From Neocallimastix sp. 'constans' (lineage: Eukaryota): a stretch of DNA of 64,000 nt. The stretch spans positions 310,001 to 374,000 of the forward strand of contig JBODTK010000158.1 in assembly GCA_050613775.1 (NCBI GenBank). Direction: 5' to 3'. Numbering within the stretch: the stretch's first letter is position 1; every line of letters starts with the position of its first letter. The notes below the pieces were generated by a model. The model searched no databases. It was not told the origin of the DNA and was given only the letters and a program-made list of their open reading frames with translations. Position numbers and translations under genes: made by a program. Below are positions 44,221-55,200 of this stretch, in pieces.

Positions 44221-44864
44221 TGTAACGAAATCCTCAGTTAGTAAAATTAGAACCTTGGTTCAATGGTTAGTTACATTGACCATGACCAATACTTCATGGG
44301 TTTGACTCACACCTCAACCCATTTTGCATAAATAATTATTTTATTAATTATTTTATTAATTATTAATAATATCTTCTTGAATATTCTTTCTGTATAAAAT
44401 TATAGAAAGTTAAAGATTCTTTCGGTTTGTAATTTAACCGAAATGAATTTAGAAATTCTTATTATATAAATTATTTTATTCTTTTTTGATAAGATTCATT
44501 TTCATCAATTAAAATCTATATTCTAGAAACTTTACATTATTAATTAGTACAAACATATTTCTAAATATTTCTTTAAAATTATTTTTACATGTTAAAACTG
44601 TTTTTCCGTTAAAAGTATAAATAGTGCGAACTTCACGAATGAAAATATTTTTCTTCGTGCTTTTATTAATAATAATTAACGTATAAGTAATTCGAAATAT
44701 TACCTTGTTGATTAATATTAATAATTATTTTAAATTTTATAATTAATAAAAAATATTTCTAATAAAACGAATTATTTATACAGATAGTGTAAACCTATTG
44801 AGTTTTCTCCTTTCTGTGTTTCTATATCTCATCCCGCCTTTACAATAGAAGCACCTCCGTTACA
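44221..44864 (+). repeat. 5' LTR of element A (644 bp)
   Basis: Perfect 7-bp terminal inverted repeat TGTAACG...CGTTACA; TATAAAT at 44616; followed immediately by the self-priming site. Confidence 0.82.
44249..44325 (+). promoter_or_regulatory. Degenerate tRNA-like segment (Pol III A box and B box) inside the element A LTR
   Basis: TGGTTCAATGGTTAG (44256-44270) and GGTTTGACTC (44299-44308) at tRNA-like spacing (T8 to G53 equivalent 44 nt). ATTG/CAAT stem between them and a TTTT run at 44322. The B box has T at the normally invariant C and the cloverleaf is imperfect. Confidence 0.55.
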
Positions 44865-44874
44865 ATAAAAGCAC
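44864..44874 (+). promoter_or_regulatory. Tf1-type self-priming primer binding site
   Basis: AATAAAAGCAC is the exact reverse complement of GTGCTTTTATT (44657-44667), ~40 nt downstream of the LTR TATA box. No TGG-type tRNA PBS is present. Confidence 0.75.
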
Positions 44875-45335
44875 CAGCTAATCCAAGCCCTCAATACCTT
44901 TACGCTATCCCACAGACATTCTACCGTACTTTTAGGAATTCTACCTTCTCAATATCTTTTGGCAATCGTTGGGTTTCTACTTTTACTATTCTACTATTAA
45001 AGAACAAATACCTACTCTTCCGGTTCTCTCTATCTTAGTCTAATAATCTTTGAATAAATCTTCTTATCTACTATCTCTTTAATACCGGACTTCTATATCT
45101 TTTAATCTCGGATTCTATCTCCTCCCAGACGAATAATTACTGCCTATTGATTCCTATTCAAATTATCACCTTGTCTGTTTTGAGTTAACCTCACTATTAT
45201 ATAATTCAACCGGATAATCCTAATCCTATGGTTGTTGAAATTAATTCTTATAACAAAAATTCTTGTACTACCCGATCAAATAATTCAAATTAAATTTGTA
45301 CTACCCTATTAAGATAAAACTTGCATTACCTTAAC

Positions 45336-45372
<37 letters not shown>

Positions 45373-45373
45373 G

Positions 45374-45673
45374 GGGTGTGGGGCATTTCGCCAAGTTGCA
45401 TTTCGCCAAATTGAAAATTATTAAATAAATAAATAAATCAATAAATAAAATTAAATATTATTAATATCGCATAAAAACAATTTTAAAAAAATATTTTGAA
45501 TTAATATTTATTTATTTATTCATTTATTTATATCAATACTCTACTTGTCGAAATGCAACCTGGCGAATAGCAACTTGGGGAAATGCAACTTGGGGAAATG
45601 CAACATTTTAATACTACGCCACTTGGCGAAATGCAATCTGGCGAAATGCAATTTGGGGAAATGCAACTCTCCC
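45374..45673. mobile_element. 300-bp non-autonomous TIR element (Mutator-like MITE) in the element A leader
   Basis: 9-bp TSD AAATTTTAG at 45365-45373 and 45674-45682. Imperfect TIRs GGGTGTGGGGCATTTCGCCAA / GGGAGAGTTGCATTTCCCCAA. About nine 15-bp GCATTTCGCCAAGTT-type subterminal repeats, inverted between the ends. Confidence 0.82.
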
Positions 45674-46916
45674 AAATTTTAGATAATATTAAATTAATCT
45701 TGTAATACCTTAACCCTTCAAAATTAATTCTAATATTTACCCAACAAAATTAATTAATAATTAAATAATATTAAATTAATTTAGTAAGAAAATTTTTAAT
45801 TTTTAGATAAATATTTTAGATTAATTTAGTAAATAAATCAATTAGTTTTAGATAAATAAAAAAAAAAAAAAAAAAAAAAATAATAATAATAATAATAATA
45901 ATATTAATAATTATAATAATAATTTTTATTTTTAATTATTTTAATAAATTACTTGCTTGAAATAATAGCAAGAAAAACCTGTGCAATTTTATTTTTTATT
46001 TATTTATTTAAAAAGCGTTTATACGAGAGAATAGAGCTCATATACAGAGTTAGAAGAATTATCTTCTTTAGTGTTGCACTCGACGAATAGATTTGGTTCT
46101 AGACTAGGTAAAACTCTATAGGAGAGCACCGTAGCCTATTATAAAGGAAAACGGTTCTAGGTTTGCAACAACTCTGGCGAATAAGGAGCTTACGTCACCG
46201 AAGGCGTAAGATTAAAATTATATAGTATTTTAAAATTTTATTTCGTGCTTACTCGCGGCACTAGTTATAATAGTACTGACGGTTTTTTCTATAGTTGTGA
46301 GTCAATAGTACTATTCTATTTTATCAATCAATAATTTTATAATTAATATTATAATTTTATAATTAAGAAAACAAAGATTAAAATATAAATATAAGGTTTA
46401 TACGACTTCCAAAGCGACAGAAGTTGGTCTCTGTTTTCGTAACATTTTAGTGTTCAGATACTATTGATATAGGGGAAAATAATTTGTTTTATGGAAAATA
46501 ATTTGTTTTATTCTTTTCAGCTAACAATAAGTTAGATATAATAAAGAATCTAACAATATTACTTCCTTTTGTCTATAAGACATTAACAATCGATTTTATC
46601 TGCGTTATCACTAAAAGGCTAAAGGAACTTATCGTATAAAACTTTGATAGATTATATATTTAGTTGGTCCAATACTATATAATCTAGTTTATATTTCAGT
46701 AATTTTTGATAAATAATTATAAAATAAAAATATTTAATTATAAAATATTATAAAGTGTTATTAAAATTTTGTGTTCTTATCCATTAACCTTGGAAACCTA
46801 CCAATAAACAACTTTTGGATTATTGGAATCTCTACTACCACTTTGGGAACTTCTGGATTCTACCGCCTATTCTTTATCTTTGAAAATTTATTCTACTCTA
46901 CCTTATCTATTTCAAT

Positions 46917-48353
46917 ATGGACGACTATAATCAAGAAAATCCTACCTTTAAGGACGGTTTTGCTGGTGATCGTCGATTCTTTAAAGGATTTCTAGCTAAA
47001 ATGGAACTTATTTTTATGATTCAACCGGAAAGATTTGCAAACGATGAAGCTAAAGTAATCTATATCATTTCTCGTTTGTATGGAAACGCCATGAATTGGG
47101 CTGCTACTCTCATTGAAAACCAAGATCCTTGTCTCCTTAATTATAATCAATTCATTGCTAGACTAAAATCAATATTTGGAAGCCACGATTCTACCTTTTT
47201 TGCCAACCAGAAATTAAGAACAATCAAACAAAAACGAATTGGTGAAGTCAGAAATTATATTTTAGAATTTAATAAATACGCCGATGAATCTTCTTGGAAT
47301 GAAGAAGCCAAGATGGACGCCTTTCTTGCCGGTCTACACGACCATATTGCTACTAGAATTTTAGAAATGTTTCCTGGACCTCAAACCCTCTTTGCTATGC
47401 AAACAATTGCATCTAGAATCGATAATCATATCTCTACTCATAGACAATTTTCCAATCTTCAAGGTCAAAATTCAAATAATAGTAATAATAATAAAAATAA
47501 AAAGGGCAAAAAATCATTCTTTTTCCAAAAACAATTTAAATCCAAACCTCATGGACCTCTATCTCAAGAAGAAAAAGAAAGAAGAAGAAGAGAAAATCTT
47601 TGTCTATATTGTGAATCCTCTGAACATTCTCTCGACAATTGTCCACTTAAAAATAAATATAAAAATAAAAATAAACCTTCATCAAGTAGCACTTATATTT
47701 CTAATACCGAATCAAAACCTTTATCCAGACCTAGAGTTTCTGACTCAAATCTTCCTATTTACGAATTTTCTTTAAGTATTGATAATACAAATTCTACCGC
47801 TAAAATTCTACTCGATACTGGTTCTCAAATCAATTTAATGGATATCTACTATATTAAAGAAAATAATATCCCTTATTCAACCAAAACTAATTTCCCTAAG
47901 GTATCTGGCATCGGTGGAAAGCAAACTATTCTTGGTAAAACTCTTCCTATTTCCATCACTTATAATAATCATAAATGTAAGACGCAATTCTATGTGGTTA
48001 ACCTTCCTTCTTATTGTGCTATTTTAGGTTTCGAATGGATTTCTACTCACAATCCTGATATTGACTTCAAAAATAAAGTCTTAAGATTTAATTCCAATTA
48101 TTGTGTTGAAAATTGTTTAATCATCCCTAACTCCTTTACTTCTTATGTTTCTTTAAATACTACTAAACAAAATGACAAAAATGAAAATGAAGAAATCAAT
48201 AATAAAATAAGCAAATCATTACCAAAAAAATTACTTCCATTTATAGACACTTTCAGTGAAATATACACTAATGAATCACCCCCTTATTGTCCTTTTGATA
48301 GCGAGATTAAACCCAAACAAAATGAAAAACTTCATTATGATCCAATCCTCTAG
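46917..48353 (+). CDS. Element A Gag (capsid, CCHC knuckle) plus aspartic protease
   Basis: PEG10/sushi-like gag ([55 protein letters not shown]); protease LLDTGS and ILGFEW. Confidence 0.9.
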   Translation: MDDYNQENPTFKDGFAGDRRFFKGFLAKMELIFMIQPERFANDEAKVIYIISRLYGNAMNWAATLIENQDPCLLNYNQFIARLKSIFGSHDSTFFANQKLRTIKQKRIGEVRNYILEFNKYADESSWNEEAKMDAFLAGLHDHIATRILEMFPGPQTLFAMQTIASRIDNHISTHRQFSNLQGQNSNNSNNNKNKKGKKSFFFQKQFKSKPHGPLSQEEKERRRRENLCLYCESSEHSLDNCPLKNKYKNKNKPSSSSTYISNTESKPLSRPRVSDSNLPIYEFSLSIDNTNSTAKILLDTGSQINLMDIYYIKENNIPYSTKTNFPKVSGIGGKQTILGKTLPISITYNNHKCKTQFYVVNLPSYCAILGFEWISTHNPDIDFKNKVLRFNSNYCVENCLIIPNSFTSYVSLNTTKQNDKNENEEINNKISKSLPKKLLPFIDTFSEIYTNESPPYCPFDSEIKPKQNEKLHYDPIL

Positions 48354-48361
48354 CTTCGAAG

Positions 48362-49339
48362 AAATATATTATAGAAAATGAAGACAAAAAATTTATTAGA
48401 AAATCTAAATCTCCAGCTGCTGCTTCTGTTTCATTTGTTCCCAAGAAAGACCTAAATGATCTCTTTCGTATTCATAAACCACCCTCCGATTTTTTTTCTG
48501 ATAAAGATTCTCAATTCACTTCAAAATTTTGGTCAGCTATTTGTAAATCTTTCAATATCACAACGAAACTTGCTTCTCCCTTCCATCACCAAACCAATGG
48601 TTTAACGGAGAGGGTGAACTCCGTTATTGAACAATACTTAAGATGTTATTCAAACTTTAAAGGTTCTGATTGGTATAATTTTTTATTCCTAGCAGAATTC
48701 AGTTATAATAATTCAATTCAAGAATCAATTAAGCACTCACCTTTTTATGCAAACTATGGATATAATCCAAGATATTCACCATCAATTCCAAACAGTACAG
48801 ATGTTCCTAGAGCTGATGAATTCACAAAAGACCTTTCAGAATTATTCAAAACACTTAATGGAAATTTACAACAAGCAAGAAAAAAGCAAGAAGAATTCGC
48901 AAACAAATATCGTATTGAAGCTCCAAATTTTAAACCTGGTGATAAAGTGTGGATTAATAGTTCACTTATAATTCATAATGGAAATAAAAAACTTAAACCT
49001 AGAAAACTTGGTCCATATAAAATCATTAAGAAAATTTCTCCCGTTTCATATAAGTTAGACTTACCAAAAGAAATCAGAATCCATCCTGTAATACATGTTT
49101 CTGAACTTGAACCATTTTATGAAGATCACTTTGGACGAAAGAAAGAACCACCACCACCGGTAGTTATTGACAATGAAGAAGAATACGAAGTTGAAAAAAT
49201 TCTTGATAAAAGAAAACATTATGGCAAAACCCAATATCTTATTAAATGGAAAGGCTATCCTTTATCTGAAGCATCTTGGGAACCCGAAGAAAATTTAAAT
49301 TGCCCTAAACTCTTAAAAGAATTTAACAAAAATAACTAA
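48362..49339 (+). pseudogene. Element A pol remnant: RT N-terminal stub fused in frame to integrase C-half and chromodomain
   Basis: [20 protein letters not shown] joins directly (~48451) to [35 protein letters not shown] motif; chromodomain [32 protein letters not shown]. Confidence 0.88.
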
Positions 49340-49669
49340 AATTAAAACTTGAAAATGAATCTTTACTTTATTAATATTAAACTTATATTAATTTATTAAT
49401 ATCAATATTACTAAATATTATTTTATATTATTAAATATTATTAATATTCATGTATTCTTATAATATTTTATATTCATGTAACTTTATTAATATCATGTAA
49501 TTTTATTCAAAAAAGTTCGTACTATAAAATGGTTAATTAATTATTTTTATTTTATTATATTTTATTTTATTTTAATTTAGTTTAGTTTAGTTTAGTTTGC
49601 TTAATTTTAGTATAGTTATGCCTAACTGTTAGATTCGTCTGGTATCTGAATCCTGGAGGCGGACCATGT

Positions 49670-51404
49670 TGTAAAATATTTGTAAAATATTTAATAATTT
49701 GAATACGTATTTAAATGTAATGTAATGTAAATTATTGTGGATAAAAATGTTTTCCAAATTTTTAATATAAATTTAAATGTATTCCAAATTATTAATTTAA
49801 ATAATTTTCTCAAAAATTTATGACTAAATTATTTGGAGAATTTACGTAACAATTACTCAGTTGAATCACGAAACTTCATAAATTAAAAAATAATTAGTCA
49901 TTAATTAGTTAAATTAAAATAATTAAAGGAATATTGCCTTTTCCGTTTGTTTACAAAAACTTGCCGTTTTGTTTACTTGTCTTTTAAATTATAGAAATTC
50001 TAAAAATAAAAATAGCAAGTTGTGGTTTAGTAAATTGGTTTTCACAACTTGGCAAAATTTAAATTAAATATATGGATAGAATATATTTAATCATATAATT
50101 AATGAATTAAACTCTAAATTTTCTTCATAGAAAATTTTAGAAAAATTAGATAGTTTTAAATAGGATTTATATTAAAATAATTCATAACATTTCATGTAAT
50201 TTATTATATAATGTAATTGATAATATAAAATAATATGTTTATGTAATTTATTAAAATTTATTTTGATTTAAAACTTTATTTTGAAAAAGTATAAAAAGAG
50301 TTAATTTTTCAACTATTGAACGATAGTTGGAAAATCGTATAGAATAGGAAAATCGTATAGAATAGGAAAATTTAAATTTTATTATTAGTTTCGTAACTAT
50401 TATTAGAATAGTTACTTTCTTATAAAACAATTATATTATAGTTTGTAAAACCTTAACTGCTAGTGGGAACTCCGGAAAGGACCCTGCGTTACCCAGTTAA
50501 GTGGTTGTTGAAAATTAGTTAATAAATAAAATAAATAAATAAAAGAAATTAAAAAAGAAAATAATTAATTAAATAATAGAGGTTTAAGATATAGTGTTAT
50601 TAGTGTAGTAAAGTTAGTTTAGAATAGCCACATGTTAAAATTAAGATATAAAATAGTTTTATGATTAATAACGTTACTAGGTTAATATGTTGAATTATAT
50701 ATTAATAATCCAACAATAATTAATTAATAATAATATAAAAATAATATAAGATAAATAGTTAAGTTATTTAAACACTTAATATCTAAGAATATTTTAAATA
50801 ATAATTTCTTTGAAGGATTTATGAAAATATTTATTTATTGAATTATTAGTATATAATTATTGTAAGTACAATAACCTTACAAAGAACATAAAAGATAGAT
50901 TTTTACATCTTTCTTTTATACTTTGTAAGTTACATAATAATAATATTTAATTATAAGATATTAATAATATAGTAATATGAATATTAATAAAATATTAAGA
51001 TAATAACAATATCGATATGTTTAAAATATTTAATATAACTAAATAAATTTAATTTATAATTATATAATTAATTTGAATAATTAAAAATAGTAGTTAATAT
51101 ATATGATGTAAACATATATATAAACATAATATAAATAAATACATGTGACGTCATATGTAGATAATTGAAATTATTAATATAAATCTTATTTACTAATATT
51201 CTCAGAATTATTAGGCCTAAGATAATTCCTTGAATATTAAATAAGAATTTATATTAATTATTAATTATTTAAATATATATATTATTTATAATTAAATAAA
51301 TAATATTTGTTAACTATTGAAATGTAAATAACTGAAATTGAGATTTCAATTCAGTTATAATTTCAACACCACAAACCTAGACTTGATAAGTACTTTATTT
51401 TACA
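49670..51404. mobile_element. Element Y: 1735-bp non-coding TG..CA insertion, probably a solo LTR of another family
   Basis: Perfect 9-bp terminal inverted repeat TGTAAAATA...TATTTTACA. 5-bp TSD CATGT at 49665-49669 and 51405-51409. Removing it restores PPT-CA-TGTAACGAAATCC. Confidence 0.82.
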
Positions 51405-52233
51405 CATGTAACGAAATCCTCAGTGGTATGGTTCATATAGTTTTAGGAATATAATAATAATTAACACAAATAATTAAATTACATTAAAAAAAATAATTTG
51501 TTTTAAAATCAATATTTATTTATTTAAATTTATAAAAGAAAAATAATAATATAATTATTTATTTAATAAAAGTAAGTTATTGATTATATTTTATTTCACT
51601 AAAATTACATGTATTTATATTTTTTTTATCAAATTAAAATTTGTAAAGCCTAACTATTTTTTTAATAAACTAATTACTAATTATTTTTATAAATAAAACA
51701 TTTAAATTGAAATTGAATTATTATTTTAGTTAATAATATTATTGTTATAAATAGTAGTTATATATTATTGAATTATTAATTATTTAATAATAGTTTAATA
51801 CTAATATATATAAAATAAAAATAAAGAGATTATACAGAATATTTTATTGTGGTTTAGTTAAATTTAGTAATTAAAAATAAATTTAAATTGATAACGAAAA
51901 TTTTAATAACTAATTAAATAAATTTGATTATTTTCAATATAACATAATACAAAAGAAATATAATATTAATATATTAAGTGGGTAAGGACAATATTCTTGG
52001 CTAAAGATTTTTAATACATTATAATGGAATCGGATCGATAATTCAAAAAGGAATTATAAGTTAATTAGTGATTTATTAACTTAAGATTTCTATTTAGTAA
52101 TATTTGAAGAATATTGGAAAGTTCCAATTATATAGAATAGAATAATCTATAAGATTAGAATAATTTATATTATTCTAGCACAATTAGTATTATTTGTTCA
52201 TTCTGTATTAAGATGCCCCCGCTAAGACTCAAG

Positions 52234-55200
52234 CTAGGTAGAAGCTGAGTTAAACTTGACAATATTTTTCAAATGAACATTACGATTCATTTGTATATTA
52301 GTAGCAGGATCAGCTAAAGTGACTGTATTGAATTGTTTCTTTACCACTTTCATAGGTCCAACAAAATAAGGTTCTAATTTAGTTCGATTAAAGTTTCTTA
52401 CTAGTACTAAATCACCTGGTTTTATTCTTTTAGCTTGATTCATACTGGTCTTTTCTTCTCTCCTAGTAGCCCAATACTTCGAAGCATTTTTGATATTAGA
52501 TGCGGCCTCCATTACCCATTGGTAGTGTGATACAAATTTTTCCAGTAGAATTTCGTCAGAAGACTTATTTATACCCTTAGTTGGTCTGGCAGCAATGTCA
52601 AAAGGTTGTTGGTCTTCCCTTCCATAAACTAATTCAAAACTTGAATGGTTGGTGATTGAGATTTTAGTAGTTCTTAAAGCCCAAAGTGCAGATGGTAAAA
52701 TTTCATCCCATTCTTTGTGTTGTTGTCCTAGTAATCGTAATAATTTTCCAATTTCTTTATTACGATTCTCAACTAAACCATTGCTTTCAGGATGATATGG
52801 AGTGATAAATTTAACATATACATCATATAAATCAAGGAAGATTTTTGTCATATCTGATGTAAATTGTGTTCCATTATCAGTAGTGATAATTTGAGGTACA
52901 CCGTGTCGAGCAAATACATTAATTAAAAATTTTATCACATCCTGAGAAGTAACATTTTCAGTGGGCTCTGCCTCAAACCATTTAGTAAAATAATCAACCA
53001 TAACGATTATATATTGATTATTATTTCTGGTTTTACTTAGAGGTCCTATAATGTCCAATCCTAAGTGTATAAATGGTCCTTCCACTTCAGTTGGTTTATC
53101 TTCCGTTGGTTCAGGGTATGGTTGAGATTTATTTAATTGACATTTTTCACATTTACCTATAATTCGCTTAATGTCATTAACCATATTGTTCCAATAGTAG
53201 CTCTTTTTCAAACGTTGGTATGTCTTGTAATAGCCTTCGTGTCCTATACTGTGTGCTTGAAAAATTAATTGAAGTTTTTCTTTTGTATCTGTAACTAATT
53301 TTCTATAATTATTGCCATCAACAAAGTAGTCCACACCATCAATTGTCGTAAATTTTTCTTCAATAAATTCCTTAATGATTCTTGAAAGCAGGTTTTCATC
53401 TTGTTCCTTGATAATTTGTGTTGTTAAGACAACTTTTTCTTTTTCATTTTTCATTCTTGATAAAGCATCTGCGACAACATTATTCTTTCCAGTTTCATAT
53501 CGTAAATCAATTCCTAACATACTGACAGTCAAACACCATCTAGTATGACGAGAATTTTGTGGTTCCTTCCTTTTAAGTAATCCGATTAATGGTCTATGAT
53601 CTGTATATACTATAGTTTGCTTAGGATTTCCCATAATATAAGATTTTAATTTATTAATACAGTAAATTAGAGCAGCACCTTCTAGATCCGTAATTCCATA
53701 ATTCTTTTCCGATTTAGATAAACTTCTACTAATATAATGAACCGGATGCTCCTTTCCAGTTTCATCATCCTTTTGTAAAAGCACACCGCCTATTCCATCA
53801 TAGGAAGCATCTGTTCTTATAATAAATTCTCTATCAAATCTAGGAAATCTTAATATTGGGGCATTGATTAATCTTTCCTTAAGAATTTTAAAACTTTCTT
53901 CTTGTTCCTTTTTCCATTCAAACTTAACACCTTTTCTTAATAGAGTGCAGAGAGGAGCAGTAACTTTTGCAAAGTCCTTAATAAAATTTCTATAATATCC
54001 AATGGCTCCTAAAAATGATCGAAGTTCATGAATGTTAGAGGGAGCCTTCCATTCTTTAATAGCTTCAACTTTGTTTTCCAATGGACTTAAACCTTCTGAG
54101 GATACTTTATGTCCAAGTACTTCTACTTCAGTTTGCATGAAAGAACACTTTTCGATATTGATTTTTAACTTATGTTCCCTGAATATTTCTAAGACTTGTT
54201 TAAGATGTTCTAGGTGTTCTTCTTCAGTTCTTGAGTAGATTAAAATATCATCGATAAAGTTATAGACGCATTTTCCTATTAAGGGAAATAGTATACGGTT
54301 CATTTCTCTTTGGAATGTAGCTGGAGCACCTGTTAAACCGAAGGGCATTACCTTGAATTGGTAGTTTCCGAACTTAGTTGTAAAGGTAGTGATTTCAACA
54401 CTATCATCCTCCATTAATATTTGATGATAACCGGAATAAAGATCTAATGTTGAGAAGATTTTTGCTCCATCTAAGCTATCAAAAATTTCCTCAATATTTG
54501 GTAAAGAATAAGAATCCTTCTTAGTTGCTTCATTTACTTTCCTATAGTCAATACACAGTCGCCATTTACCGTTCTTTTTAGGCACAAGTACTACTGGTGA
54601 TGACCATTCTGAACATGAAGGTTCAATTAATCGTTTATATATGAGTTTGGTTAATTCTTCTTTTAAGATATCTGTTTTTAATTTACTAAGTCGATAAAAT
54701 TTTTGTTTAATAGGTTTAATTCCTTCCTTAAGAATAATTTTGTGTGGTGATAAATCTGAAGGTGTTAATTCTTCAGAAGAAGTTGCAATTATATTAATAT
54801 ATTCTTCAAGTAATTTAGTAATAGCTTCTCTATAATTTGAATTAATTGTACTTTGAAAAACTGTGTCATATATATATTTTATGGGTGGTAATCCTTCAAT
54901 CGTTTTCAATTGTTGCTTAGCTTCTTGGTGATTCAATGCTTTGATTACACATAATAATTTTTCTTCGTCATCATATTCATTATTAATAGGTGCAATTTCT
55001 TCAATTAAACCTTGATCATTAAATCGACAAAGACTATATCTAATTGGATGTATAAATAACTGGTTATCAATTTGAGTTTTGAGGTTGATTAATATATCAT
55101 AGAATGGATCCTCCTTGTCTATAATTCTACACGTAACAAGTAGTTCTAGTTCATTAATTTTTACGGGAACTTTGATTAACACATCTTCTGAGTAATCATC

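Larger units (their letters stand above)
44221..51423 (+). mobile_element. Element A: Tf1/sushi-type chromovirus (Ty3/Gypsy), RT/RNase H deleted, 3' LTR interrupted; true end lies beyond the window
   Basis: 5' LTR 44221-44864, self-priming PBS, gag-PR, integrase-chromodomain and PPT GGAGGCGGACCA (49655-49666). 3' LTR start TGT(49667-49669)/AACGAAATCCTCAG(51410-51423) is identical to 44221-44237. Confidence 0.88.

Noticed and set aside
44249..44325. Functional tRNA gene
   Set aside because: Acceptor and T stems do not pair and the B box is mutated; kept only as a tRNA-like promoter remnant.
45543..45668. Short GC-rich repeat array as CRISPR or iteron
   Set aside because: Explained as subterminal repeats of a TSD-flanked MITE.
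49667..51368. TGTTG...CAACA as the true 3' LTR of element A
   Set aside because: It does not match the 5' LTR and has no TSD. The 49670-51404 boundaries give a perfect inverted repeat and a CATGT TSD.
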